The notes beneath the pieces were generated by a model, which saw nothing but the letters and a program-made list of their open reading frames with translations, ran no database searches and was not told the DNA's origin. A DNA stretch of 63,861 nt, counting the filler, from Reticulomyxa filosa (Eukaryota > Protista > Foraminifera), in the NCBI GenBank assembly GCA_000512085.1. It is 22 parts of 22 records of this genome, joined end to end, with 100 filler letters (N's around TTAATTAATTAA, not from the genome) between each part and the next. Parts side by side here need not be neighbours in the genome. Positions count along the whole stretch, not along the records: positions 38,302 to 44,417 come from ASPP01007080.1; positions 44,518 to 46,201 come from ASPP01037361.1; positions 46,302 to 47,499 come from ASPP01040809.1; positions 47,600 to 49,456 come from ASPP01019109.1; positions 49,557 to 50,628 come from ASPP01044493.1; positions 50,729 to 52,596 come from ASPP01025017.1; 16 more parts are not named here. One strand, written 5' to 3'. This document shows positions 38,302 to 50,960 of this stretch, one piece after another. Position 1 is the first letter of the stretch, and every line of letters starts with the position of its first letter. Made by a program: the position numbers and the translations under genes.

Positions 38302-38937
38302 CGTTCACGCTGGGCGGTGGTATGTTGTACTGTGCGTTCATATAAGGATATTGTCCAAAGCCGTTGTATTGTATCGCTTTCGGCCGAGGTGGATTGCTCT
38401 TAAAGTGTCCTGCGATAGTATTGATTATATTTGCAAGGTCTGAGTTGTGAGACCAATAACCGAACTTAAGATTTCCACTATCATCTGCCAAAGAATGCGT
38501 TAAATTCAAATCTATTCGCAAGTGAGGAGCAGCAGAAGGGAATGTCTCTGGCAACGTTCATTTTTTTTTTTTTTTTTTTTTGACATTTTTTTCTTCCCTT
38601 TTTTTAGGATAGGACGTATTCGATGGGATTTTCTTTTTTTAAATAATAATAAAAAAGACGTTAACATGTATATTATAAAGTCACCCGCTTTGGTATTGAC
38701 AGTTACTCGCCACTCTGATTTGCCCTGGTTATCCACACATCGGGCACCTTGAACTTGCTCTAGATTTTTTATTGGCGATGCCGGATGCTTCCGTAGGTTG
38801 ATTTTTATTGTCCACACACAAAAACCAAAATTGACTTTGTTGGCTCTGCTTTGGGTCATGATCCATAACCCAAAACAAACACATAAAGCAACATGTCGAC
38901 AGTTTTTCAACTTTTTATGGCTACTGAACCAACTCAT
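38302..38937 (-). CDS. UEV-domain ESCRT-I subunit (VPS37A/TSG101-like), 3'-truncated
   Basis: MSWFSS…EWRVTVNT…IYI|TLPETFPSAAPHLRI..LTHSLADDSG…WSHNSDLANIINTIAGHFKSNPP, then a Pro/Tyr-rich linker. There is no catalytic Cys. Confidence 0.7.
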
Positions 38938-39492
38938 GATGCAATATATTAATTTTTGTAATTATTCTTTCTGTGCTATAATAAAAAGATAAAGATAAAC
39001 AAAAAAAAGTTCCTTGTCTCTCTTTTTTCTGTAAAGCTTTTCACTCCGAAATGTGATAATTTTTTTTGCACAAAATAATTTGTAAGAAATTTTTATCGTT
39101 ATCCCTGACAGGATTTATGTCGTCACTTGTATTAACTTGTTTGCCAGCGCATGTGTACTTATTCTCTAAAACTAACGATTTTTATTAAATTTATTTTTTG
39201 GGTTCAAATACTTTCTTTGATTAAAAAAATGCAAGAAATTTACAGAGATTTGTCTATCATCCAACAACAATAAGCAATAAATAAAAATGTTACTTCATTT
39301 TAGTAATAAAGCGAATAGACAACAACCAACAAACTAAATTCCCAACAAATTGCACAATATGTGAATACTTCCATACGTCAATTTTTTCCTTTCTGCTTTC
39401 AGACCTTTGGCGTGTGTTTCAATAAAAACAAAATGTGAGTAACTTTATCATAAAAAAGAAAAGAATGGAAACATAAATTGTTAAAATTGTGA

Positions 39493-40050
39493 TTACCATT
39501 GGCCGTCTGTCGCAAAAGAATACAACTGATTTGCGATAGGGAATGCAATGATCATGCTAAAAAATGCAATAATTGCTCCTAGCAAGAAAATAAAGCGTTC
39601 CCAAGTTGAAAAGTAAAAAAAGCTTGTCAAATGGTCATTTGATTGTGATTTTTCTTTTTTACCAGGATTTTGTTCTTTGTTTAGTTGTGCCCTTTTGACG
39701 TATAGCTTTAACATCGACTTTTTCAGAAATACTGTGACAATCAAGGCAAATGAAAACACAGCCACACCAGACACAAATGACGCCAATTCAGACAAAGGGA
39801 TCACATGAGCAACACTTTCCACTAATTCAACATAGCCCTTTGCATTCCCTATCATCCACAATAATAAAAGTGATACCCCTTCGTTCAGACCTATCACCGT
39901 TACCAAAAATATCAACACATGACGATATATGCGACATACGTCGGCTTTCTCCATATGAGGATGACAGTTTTTATTTGATATACAAACATTGCGAGGATTA
40001 GTTGAATTATTATCATTATTAGAGTTATTCCATACATTCGACAAGCGCAA
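39493..40050 (-). CDS. Hypothetical membrane protein (about 3 TM)
   Basis: 185-aa ORF with three hydrophobic segments. Confidence 0.45.
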   Translation of the reverse strand: MRLSNVWNNSNNDNNSTNPRNVCISNKNCHPHMEKADVCRIYRHVLIFLVTVIGLNEGVSLLLLWMIGNAKGYVELVESVAHVIPLSELASFVSGVAVFSFALIVTVFLKKSMLKLYVKRAQLNKEQNPGKKEKSQSNDHLTSFFYFSTWERFIFLLGAIIAFFSMIIAFPIANQLYSFATDGQW

Positions 40051-40471
40051 GAATTCCCTTTTCCCAGCTTTTTGTTACATTTCGTTTGCTGCCTTTTTTT
40101 TAGTAAAAAAAATGATTTGAAGAACTCAACTTTGAACAAATGTTTCCTTTGTGAGGTGCCTACTATCGTGTTTAACAATGTGAGATTTAAACACTCCGTG
40201 AGTTACAAAGTTTTTGCAGCTCCTCTTTCGAATATCTTTCGGATTAATAGAAATGTCAGAGATATCGGTAATTGTCAAATACTCACTTCTAAATTTTGTC
40301 TGTTTATAATTTACGAAGTATACATCTGTTCTATTTTAATATTTTTCAATTCAACATCAAAATATTTGTAACTTTTGTCTCTTCCATTTTTTTAACAACG
40401 AGGCTTGATGTAATTGAAATTTTTTCTTCTTTCTTTTTTTTTGTTGTTAATTGTTTTTCTTTGTTCAACAT

Positions 40472-41414
40472 TTAAATCAAATATAAGTTTTTGCATGCCA
40501 GAATTTTGCCCAGAGGTACAGGCTCTTCTTTAATTGAAGTAATAGGAATTAGTTCGCTGTCATGATTTTTTATATCGCTATTTTCAGTTTCTGACTCCTC
40601 TAAAATTTTGTCGTCTTTTATTTCTGTTTGTATATCAAGAACTTTTGTAGATGTTGTAGGGACTTGCTGTTGCTCGTCTGCTTGTTTTGTGTCAAAAATA
40701 ACATCTTTGAAGTCTGTTTGAGAGTCGTCTTTCTTTGACAATATTTCTGGCTTTATTTGAGTGTCAAGCTTTATAAAAAACATTCAATTGAAGTCATTGA
40801 GTTTGAAGTTTGCAAGAGCTAAAGGCTAAGCAAATTTTAAAAAAAGAACTTGTGCTGGCTGATCAATGGAAACAACAGTACTTTGTATTGGAGGCTTTGC
40901 CTTTAGATTATTCAGCTTCCCTACGCGGTGTCTTTTAAATCGATGACTATTCTCACTTGTATTGTGCTCTTTCCACAAAGTACAAGCATAAGTATTTTAA
41001 TGGCTTCTTATAACAGGAACAGTTACGTTAAACAAAAAGATTAAAAAATTACTTTGTTGATAGTCATTTTCAATTTGAAGATTAAATGTATTATTTTCAT
41101 GATTAGAAATTAGAGTCTTTTCAAATATGGTTGTGCTTGTTTCGTCGAAACATGTTTCTGCACTTTTTTCTAAGTCGGGTAGTTTTTGAGTAGTTGAGGG
41201 GAGTGGTTGGTAACCCTATGATTCAAATTGTGTAAGAGCAAAGATTATGATACTGCATTTAGAAATGCTCAAGAAGGCCTAACATGTTCTTTCACTCTCA
41301 AATTGGCCAATTTTCCAGTTGGATGGCGTCTGCCCCTGATTTTAGTTTGGATTTGTTCTTGCGGATCCAGTTTTAGTAGTGACAAAGTAGAGCAATCCTT
41401 TGGAATGTCTTCCA
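40472..41414 (-). CDS. Hypothetical hydrophilic/acidic protein, multi-exon
   Basis: An exon-like ORF at 40472-40783 (E/D/K/T-rich) with further blocks upstream. No family recognised. Confidence 0.3.
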
Positions 41415-42364
41415 TCTATTTAACTTGATGATAAGTGAATTTTTTTATTAAAATAATACCATGACGTGATTTTGAGTCCACAGACGTTTAAGTGATTTCA
41501 AAACACAAAATTATTTGCTATTGTTTTATTATTGATATTAGATTTCACATCCTTGTGAGCTCAGCTAACATTAATTGCTAATTGTAGAAGAAACTTACAT
41601 ATACTCAACATTTATTTTTAGCAATATTTTGTTACACTTTGTTTGCATTATTTGCTTAATTATTTTAGTGCTCAGTTTTTGAATCAATGAAAATGAATCA
41701 TATTTTATAAGAATGATAAGTTCTCAATAAAGCATACATTTATAACTCTTTAAAATTCTTTAATTTGTTTTTTTCTATTGAGAATTGTAATATATCTACA
41801 TACTTAAATTTTTGAACAATCATTCGCTGTAACAAAAACAAAGAGAATTGGATAAGCTTATGTCTCAAACAAGACTTCAACATAAAATGTAGTAAATACT
41901 TGTGTATTGCACTATGAAATATACAAGAGTTGCACCTGAATCATAAACTAACTCTAATTCAAAGCTTGTAAAATTAATTGCAGTTCATAATCTTTGCACT
42001 ACGATATTTTGATTTAAATATTTTTGCTTGTCCTTTGAACTAAAAAATTATCAAATTTGATGGATTTAGAAAACATAGGAATGTTTTTTGAAAATGATAA
42101 AAAATTGTCCAAACTGAAAGATGGTCAACAAAAAAGAGTAAAAAATATTTTAAAACTCACGACAATGTAAAGTATCTTTAAGTACGTAGAAGCAGTTTAC
42201 AGCATAAATGCAACGCTGTAATATCTTCGCGTTTGTATTTTGGTTTCTGTTTTAATGTTTTGCAGGGTGTTTGTGCGGAAAAAAACTTGCTAAATTCAAC
42301 CAACTTAGCACTTGTTTGCACGTTTATTGGCTGTTTTGTTTTCTATTGTTGAATAGTAAAGATA

Positions 42365-44326
42365 ATGTCGGCCCCAACAGAGCAAAATAATGAAAATGTA
42401 CTTAATGTAAGTGTTGAGTTGCAAAACGCAACAGAAACAAGTGGCGAGGCAGTAACTGATCATCTTCCATTGAAAAAGATATCACATGTAGAAGGAGTTA
42501 CAAGCAACTCCTTACTGTTGTCAGGGTCGTCCAAACGAGTATCAATGCTCAACTTTAATCGAAAGCGTTTGCCTGTAACCCTCAAGTGGGAAAATCTGAA
42601 TTATAGTGTGGCTATTCCGGACGTGCGCTCAACAAAGAAATGTTGCAAGCCAAAAATTGACAAGCAAATATTGCGAAATGTGAGTGGCCGTGCAAAAGTT
42701 GGAGAACTGATTGCTATCATGGGGCCTTCTGGAAGTGGTTGAGTATTTTTTTTTTTAATATATATGTCCTCCCTTTGTTTTTTTTTAATAATAAGCACAG
42801 GAAATTGCGAGAAATTTTCTGACTGCTTTGTATACGTACAATATAGCATCTGTACACCTATTTTATAAATGTGTAATTTTTTTTTTTGTAATGAGATTAT
42901 TTAAAGTGAGAGATACAGCCAAATAGACAAAAAAAAAAAAAATATATATGTACGAATTCAACAAAACAATAGGAAAAACGACATTGATCAATATATTGGC
43001 CGGGCGCGTGGTAGAATCCAAAGGGTCTCACTTGGAAGGGAGAATCACTGTCAATGGTATTGATCGTGTCCGATTAGGTTCCAAGTTTGCCCGTTTGGCC
43101 GCATTTGTGCAGCAGGATGATGTCCTCTTAAACATGCAGGTGCCCATTAATGTCTCTACTCACTTTATGTTTTTTAATGAGTTGTGCAACTACTTGTTTT
43201 TTTTTCCCCCCCCCCCTCTTTTTATAAGTAGTCGCAAACACAACAAATTAAAAACAAGAGAGGGAATGACACAACCAAAGTTTTTTTTATAATCGTTTCC
43301 CCTTTTGCATAAACCATAAAAAAAATTTACTTTTTTTTGGAAAGTTCCAAAAAACACAAAATTTTCTTTTCTTTGTACATGTTAGTTTCTTTTTTTTTTT
43401 TATTAAAAAAAAGTAAATGAATACATAAATAAATTCAAAGACTGTACATGAAACGCTGTTAAATGCAGCAAAGTTTCGATTGCCAAAAGAAATGACACTG
43501 AAAGAAAAAGAAGAACGAGTGAACACAATTATCACGGAATTGGGGTTACAACGAGCCCGCGATACACGAATTGGAGATGCAAGAAGAAGAGGAGTCAGTG
43601 GTGGTGAACGAAAACGTACCAATATTGGTGTGGAGTTGATTCAAGACCCTTCTTTAATATTTTTGGACGAACCAACGTATAGAAAAAACGAATATTAAAG
43701 AATTTCTTTTTTTTTTTTTTAAGAAACTTTGTTTTTGAAAACACAATACGAAAATGTATCATTCAGTCCTCCCCCCCCTTCCCACTTTTTGTGTTTCGTG
43801 TCCATTTCCATGCCTTACATTGTGAATGATCAAAAAACTCTTCCTTTCAAAATAGATCCGGTCTGGATAGCTTTCAAGCATTGAACGTGGTGGAAACATT
43901 AAAGTCTTTGTGTGAGAACGGATGCACGATTATAACAAGCATCCACCAGCCAAGATCCAGTATTTATGCACTAGTTGCGACAAACACACAAACTTGTGAT
44001 TTTTCTGTTGTTTCTTGCTTGATGTATGAATATCGATGCTAGTAACAAAAAAAAAAAAAAAAAAGGGAAGAAAGAGCAATGAAAGAGGAGGAAGGGGGAA
44101 GAGGGGTGGTGGAAGGGAAAGAAAGGAAGAAAGGAAAAAAAAAAAATCACATTACACAAACTTTGAAATACAGTATACGTACAATAATATCCCTCATGTG
44201 ATTTTGTATTTAATGTAGTTTGACCGGTTAATCATGTTGGCCGATGGTTATGTGATCTACAATGGAAAAGGTAGACAAGACGCTGTTGCATACTTTACCA
44301 AATTGGGCTTTCCTTGTCCTTCATAT
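42365..44326 (+). CDS. ABCG (White-type) half transporter, nucleotide-binding domain; 3'-truncated
   Basis: LKWENLNY, Walker A GPSGSG|KTT split by an intron, FVQQDD, signature VSGGERKR, Walker B LIFLDEPT|SGLDSFQA and SIHQP. Confidence 0.95.
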
Positions 44327-44553
44327 TTGTTAAGCCTTTTTTTTTTTAATTTGATTTGTCCAAAGAAAACAAATTCAAGATGTATTGCATTTGTATGTGT
44401 GTGTGTGTACGTACGTANNNNNNNNNNNNNNNNNNNNNNNNNNNNNNNNNNNNNNNNNNNNTTAATTAATTAANNNNNNNNNNNNNNNNNNNNNNNNNNN
44501 NNNNNNNNNNNNNNNNNAATACAATAGCAACGATAATAGTAATAATAAGCAAG

Positions 44554-44784
44554 ATGGAAATACACAAGAAAAATCCAAACGACGAAAATGTCGCCAAATG
44601 GACCAGCGAAAAGCAAAACATGAGGAACAACAAATACAGAATGAAAATCGATTTTCGACGTTGCAAAGCTTGCTATGCAAAGTTTGATTCCAAACATCAA
44701 CTGATTTCCCACATAAAAGAGTATACTGGACATAATCTTGTTCAAGATTCACATGATAATAGTATTGAAACCACTGTATTTTGA
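44554..44784 (+). CDS. Short ORF or terminal exon with a C2H2 zinc finger
   Basis: FRRCKACYAKFDSKHQLISHIKEYTGH. Confidence 0.5.
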   Translation: MEIHKKNPNDENVAKWTSEKQNMRNNKYRMKIDFRRCKACYAKFDSKHQLISHIKEYTGHNLVQDSHDNSIETTVF

Positions 44785-45129
44785 GAGAGATAGAAAGGTA
44801 AATTCGTTCTTAATAAATATTCATTGATCACTGTGGTTTTTATTTTGTTTGTTTTACTTTGTTATTAAAGAAGGGGAGGAAAATACTAAATGCTGTTAGT
44901 CTAATCTCAATGATAATTACAACTAATAATTTGCATCATCTATTCATAACTTTTTAAAACTGTTTCCAAGAAAAATTATTACTTATTTTATTGGATGGAC
45001 GGAGCGTTGGGATGAATGGATCCCCATTAGTGAGTACGAGAGATTTGCATTGATACATATTCATTCGAAAGGGAAATCGTATCGACGGTAACGGGGAATT
45101 ACTATCGGGAGAATAATCTTGGCTTCGAG

Positions 45130-46100
45130 AAGGACATGAAAAAGGAAAACCGGAACAAAAAGGAGTCATCGGACTTTGTAATTTGGGGGAACACTTGTTT
45201 TATGAACTCCACTATTCAATCCCTTTATTTGACCCATTATTTTCTAAATGATGATTTTGTTCATCATATCAACAAAAAACAATCCATTGGAATGGAAATC
45301 ACATTTGATCCATATATGTTCTTGAGTGCGCCTCTTTGAGTTCACTTGGATTGGAAATGATCATAATGCTCTACAATCAAAGTTTGTGTAAATACAAAAT
45401 ATGAATACATTTCCTTCTTTTTTTTTTTAAAAATAAAAAAAAAAATTATATGTGTTTTTGTAAAAGATGCTCAAAGTTGCAGATGTGGCAATGTTAAAGA
45501 AAGCCATCGCAAAGCAATTTAATGTGACAATTGGATGATTTATTTGTTTGCGATGTGTGGAAAAACAAAATCCATCACGACTTGAAAAACCGTGATATGA
45601 TTGCAGAAATCAACCGTCACAATGATTACATTGTCGTGTATTATGTACCAAAGCCATCAGCATCAAACGATAAGATATCTGCATCATCGTCTAATAGTGA
45701 ATAAAAGAAAAATCAAAGCAATACAAAGTACAACAGCAGTACATCCAATGGAAACAATAGCAATGGTACTGCTTCTACTAGCATGAACACTACAAATAAT
45801 AACAATAATAACAATAATCAAAATCGACAACAAGTATTGCCAGAGTTAAACTTTTTTTATAGTGCCCAATATCGGGAAGAATATGAATTAATTGAACTCC
45901 CATTGTTATTGACACGTAACGTGTCATGCAAAGAAATTCGACAAAAGATATTGTAGCTTCCTTTTTGTCATATATGCTTTGTATGGCAACAGTACGGTAT
46001 TGCAATTGGAAGAAAAGGGATGGCATTGTGCCTTTGACCGAACGTAGCTTTCGCTTTTTGGTGCATTTTGTGGAGCGTAATGCATACAATGAACATGAAT
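45130..46100 (+). pseudogene. Ubiquitin-specific protease (USP4/11/15-like) remnant
   Basis: Frameshifted Cys box (KGVIGLCN/GNTCFMNSTIQSL), LTHYFL..INK and ITFDPYMFLSAPL*. Most of the intervening catalytic core is missing. Confidence 0.8.
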
Positions 46101-46752
46101 TTGTAACATGTTAAAATTATAACACATCCCTTTTCTCTTTTTTCTCTTTTTTAAACAATGTTTTTATAATGAATTTTCATTGTGTGGAAAAATTAAAAAA
46201 GNNNNNNNNNNNNNNNNNNNNNNNNNNNNNNNNNNNNNNNNNNNNTTAATTAATTAANNNNNNNNNNNNNNNNNNNNNNNNNNNNNNNNNNNNNNNNNNN
46301 NAACCAAACACGATCATGTTCATTCGTGACAAAGTGTTGATTTGGTCCATAAACATAAAATTATCTCTTTTCCATATCACCAAATTTTATTTTTTATCAC
46401 AGGATAAGTTATATGCTTGTTTTTCGCAAAAACTGTTTTATTTTAAGTCAAACCAAAAAACGAAGTTCATTACAAAGTCAATAAAATTGCAAAGCAAAAA
46501 AGGCTTTGGACAAATCAAGCTAAATTTTATTCCATACAAAAATAGCTAAAAAAAAGAAGTTGTTTGAGCGTGAGTTCTCCCGTCAAAAAAAAAATGTTGC
46601 CTTGTTACTTTTTTTTTTGTAATAAAAACTTAAGCTTGTGATTATTGCTTTCAGCAAATCACTCTCAAGTTTTAAAATTTTTGTTTTTGGCTTTAACCTA
46701 ACGTTTCTCTCTCTTCTCTTATATATTGGAGTGGACAAAAAAAAAGACAGAG

Positions 46753-47499
46753 ATGTCCGAAGTTCACGTTCTATTAGTTGGATCCACTGGAGTTGGAAAG
46801 TCAGCTCACATTCGGTTACTGACTGGAGATGAAAAAGTGAAAGTGAGTGATGGAGCAAAGTCTTGCACAATGGAAATGTCAATATATACTGGCAGCAACG
46901 GCTACAACTATATTGACACAGTTGGTGCAGAGGACAGCAGGAACTTGAGCGACGAGTATGTGCTAAACCAAACGCAAAGAGACCTGTACAAGGCCAAGGT
47001 GAAAAAGGTGAAGATAATATGGATCTCCAACCCGAACGAACGAGAATCGTCCACACTGCAGAGACAGGCAAGATATATTGGAGTCATCGATAAGGGCATT
47101 TGGAAATCTGTGTTGGCCATCGTCAAACAGCCAGGCTTTGATTTGGAAAGCCAGTCCCAAGGTATCCAAACAGCAATCAACGAGTATCGCAAGGCGCCTG
47201 GCATCCCAGTTCCAGTGATTGGCTACGTGAACATTGATTGGGTCAAGTCTGTACCGAGACGCATTCCGTCCCTAAGTTCTAATTAAAAAAAAAAAAGTGG
47301 CAAAGAAGTAGGGAATACACATACGTATACTGCGTTATATATATGTATTTGTACATTTTTTTTTTTTTTTTGGAGTAACCCTAAATTTTGTTCTCTCGAT
47401 GAACAGGTTTTGAAGAAAGAGCTGAAGAGGGCTTGCTCTATTCCAACGAAATTCGCGATTTGATAATTCAGAAGTTGAACAGCTTGCAGGCAACAGAAC
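46753..47499 (+). CDS. P-loop GTPase, AIG1/GIMAP-like; 3'-truncated
   Basis: VLLVGSTGVGKS (G1), KSCT (G2) and YIDTVG (G3). Confidence 0.8.
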
Positions 47500-47599
47500 N
47501 NNNNNNNNNNNNNNNNNNNNNNNNNNNNNNNNNNNNNNNNNNNTTAATTAATTAANNNNNNNNNNNNNNNNNNNNNNNNNNNNNNNNNNNNNNNNNNNN

Positions 47600-47870
47600 G
47601 ATGATGATGATGATGATGTAGACAAGTCAATTCTGCAATATTTAAACGAACATTTGTTATCCAATATCTCCTTCCATTTGTGCGTGTTGCTTTTACTGTC
47701 GAGGTCAGGTCCATTTGCGTTCCCATCCTTCTCGCTTTGCGATAGCAGCAGACCCATTTGAATGTCTTTGTCGTGGCTGCTCATATGTTGATCACGTTTC
47801 TCTTCCACAAAAAATATGTTGTGGCATCGGCGGCATTCATCACGTTGGTGTTCTAACAATGCGCATAACA
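47600..47870 (-). CDS. C2H2 zinc-finger protein fragment
   Basis: CRRCHNIFFVEEKRDQHMSSH and a second CSFKYC motif cut by the spacer. Confidence 0.45.
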
Positions 47871-48697
47871 CCAAAAATTTTTCATAATTGGCCAAACTTT
47901 CCCAAAAAAAAAAACATACCCCGTCAAAAAAAAAAAGCTTTTGAAACGTACACGTAACAACACTTAATATATTATATACACAAGGTGTATTACTTACACG
48001 AATTGTACTTTTTTTTTATTATTTAAAAAAACAAACACGTTACAAATAAATAAAATAAAGACTAGAACTTAAAGACAAGTTGGATTTAACTTTTATTGAT
48101 AAGTTTAAGTTCATTCTTCTAACTTTTTTTAGTTTTTTCTTGAGATAATCTTTGATGATGTAAGATGAAAAAATGCTTGAGCTTTTGTTTATAAAAGGAA
48201 AAGAAACATTTTGAATGAAAGATAAATATACATTTTGGACATCACAATAATCAGTAGCGCCAATACAAATTATAAAATATTCGCCATAGAAGGGCAATAT
48301 AATATTATTAGATCTTGTAAGCAGAATTGCTTTTCTTTGAGCAATCAATTGTTCAAAAACAGAATAAATTGTAAGATATTTGTGTACGAAATAAATAAGT
48401 ATTCGTATTTATGTCATTCATTTAATGTTAATAATTTTAATTCTTTTTTCATATTGATTGAAAATAGCTGTTAAATCTTACATATTTGTCTTCCTTACAA
48501 CAAAATAATTTATTTATGATCAATTTTGTAAATTCAATCCAAAGGAAAAGCTATTTAGGCAATTTTATTTGAATATTTCAATAAATATATTATGGATGAA
48601 GCGAATCCAGCAACAATGTTATAAGTACTTAAGCAAAAATATGTAGCGATCATAACAAAAAAAAGCTTCAAAATATACTTTTGTAATGAAAACAACT

Positions 48698-48990
48698 TTA
48701 AAAAAAACCATCGTCATTATGTCCATATAATGGCATATCTTTGTTTATATTTGTTCCTTTCGTTGTTATTTGACGAGAAATTGGAATATTTTCACCACGA
48801 CAAACATCAGCAATAGATATTTTTGGAAAATGTTTGAAAGATTTCATTTCATGGCAATTAAATGTTGTATGCATTTCGTCAATTGATAAAGAGCTTCCGT
48901 CACTTGCCACTAACATATTTATGTCCTTTCTATGTCCACAAATTATTATTCTATTATCAATTCATCATATTTTTTAGTATTTTCGTGAAG
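48698..48990 (-). pseudogene. Caspase-like peptidase (clan CD, C14) remnant
   Basis: KYDELII/IIICGH(R) and LVASDG…FPKISIADVCRG give the His and Cys dyad motifs of the caspase fold. It is frameshifted. Confidence 0.7.
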
Positions 48991-49556
48991 TATTAGTAAT
49001 AATATGTATTATGTACATATTGTTGGAGGTAAAGATAATAAAGGTATTATTATGATAAAGCATTACAAAGATGAAATTAAAATTATAGTAATATCAGAAA
49101 ACAAGTTGAAGAATATTGTATGTATGTAATAAAAAGAAAATAAATAATATTAAATGTAACATAATTATCGATGAAAATGTATATGCAGTTGATTGTGTTG
49201 TAATTTGTATATTTCCTTGTAATTTAATATCACAATTTTTTATTGCAAAGAATACTATAATTGATCAACAAAAACTAAACAATCAATTATACCTATTCAA
49301 TGAGATATGGAAATGCACCATGATATTCCAGTGACATTACAAAATCTTGTAGATAAACACAGCAATATTTTCAAGAAAATCTATTTGAAGATGCATTATT
49401 TCATCACAACAGCATTTACAACTTTGTATTAATCATATTGATGTTGCTATGACATANNNNNNNNNNNNNNNNNNNNNNNNNNNNNNNNNNNNNNNNNNNN
49501 TTAATTAATTAANNNNNNNNNNNNNNNNNNNNNNNNNNNNNNNNNNNNNNNNNNNN

Positions 49557-49900
49557 CTTGCATTGGAATATGTGAATAATAATTACAGATCCCATTGTGG
49601 AAGAGTGATTATTCTCACTGATTGCAAGTTCGTGATCAATGCGATATTCAACAAATGGGATTCTGACATCAATTGCCAATTATGGATTGTCCCAGAGATA
49701 TATTGGCTAAAGGTCATTCTGGTATACCCGAAAATATTGCAAATAATGCTCGTAAGAAAGACCAGCAATTGCAGCCAGATTTGATTCAACAGCATACATA
49801 GATCAGCGGCATTCCTGAATAATCATGGATTGAACCCATTTTTACATAGCAATGAAATAGACATTGGATTTGTGAAGGTATTGATAATCCAAAAAAAAAA
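49557..49900 (+). mobile_element. LINE RNase H domain fragment
   Basis: ALEYV…VIILTDCKFVINAI…IYWLK/GHSGIPEN matches the RNase H motifs I.TDS and W.KGHSGI.GN. Confidence 0.75.
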
Positions 49901-50728
49901 TTTCATATAATCATTGGCTAGTTGGTGGACAAACATCATATATCAATGTATTGTTAATGAAACAATTTATCATTGGGGATCGGTCGTGGAAATCAGATGT
50001 CAGGATTAAAGTTTTGAAAGCCAAGTTCGTACCAAGAGAAGGATTTGAATAATTATCAAATTTCTTCAAGTAAATCTCAATTTAAATTGAAATAACTTTA
50101 TTGGGAGTCTCCGTTCCTTACATAGAATTTCGGATCGCTGTTTTTTGCGTCCTGGCTTAATCCCCAAGTGTATATGATCCAATACTTTATAAATTTTTTA
50201 ATCAACAATACAAATCATATTTTTTTTTAATTTTTTTTTTGGTTGCAGTGGGCGTGTCAAGTGTTGGGCTACTTCTCAACTTGCACTTCTTTTTGCCCTT
50301 TCTACATGCACAAATTCAGGTCTTTCTAGTTAAAAGAGCACCTCGTTCTAAGAAATAGAACACAGTACTCAAAAAGACAAAAGAAAGACACACAAAATCT
50401 TACAACAACCAAAAAGGTCCATGAAAAAATAGTCAAAAGAAAAACCTTGCAAAAATTTTGCTTTGTACATCAAATTCTTTAGATTGATGAAAGATGACAG
50501 CATTACCAAACAAGAGTAATACATCATCGACAAAAGGCAGTCACAATTTGAGAGCATGTGGAAGAATAAAAATCATTGGCAAACCATCAGGTGATTCGTT
50601 ATCACGTGGCAATCTCAAGCGTGCAAGANNNNNNNNNNNNNNNNNNNNNNNNNNNNNNNNNNNNNNNNNNNNTTAATTAATTAANNNNNNNNNNNNNNNN
50701 NNNNNNNNNNNNNNNNNNNNNNNNNNNN

Positions 50729-50814
50729 TTGAATTGAAAAAGAAAGAGAAGACAAAGAATGATTTAAATTTGTGTTATGGTTCATACAAAGGTCCCATTC
50801 GTATTTGGGGATAA
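50729..50814 (+). CDS. C-terminus of a WD40 protein, same family as 1-643
   Basis: LKKKEKTKNDLNLCYGSYKGPIRIWG*. The DNA is nearly identical to 598-643. Confidence 0.75.
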
Positions 50815-50960
50815 TTTACTGTTTTGTTGAATAAGAAATGAAGATTTTTTTTTTGAAACGTTTAATTAAAGAAAAGTACGGTGGTATCAAACTTGTTTGA
50901 CTTGATTGAATGCAAGAATTGAATGATATGTTTACTTTGTTGTTTAAAAATTGAAAAAGC

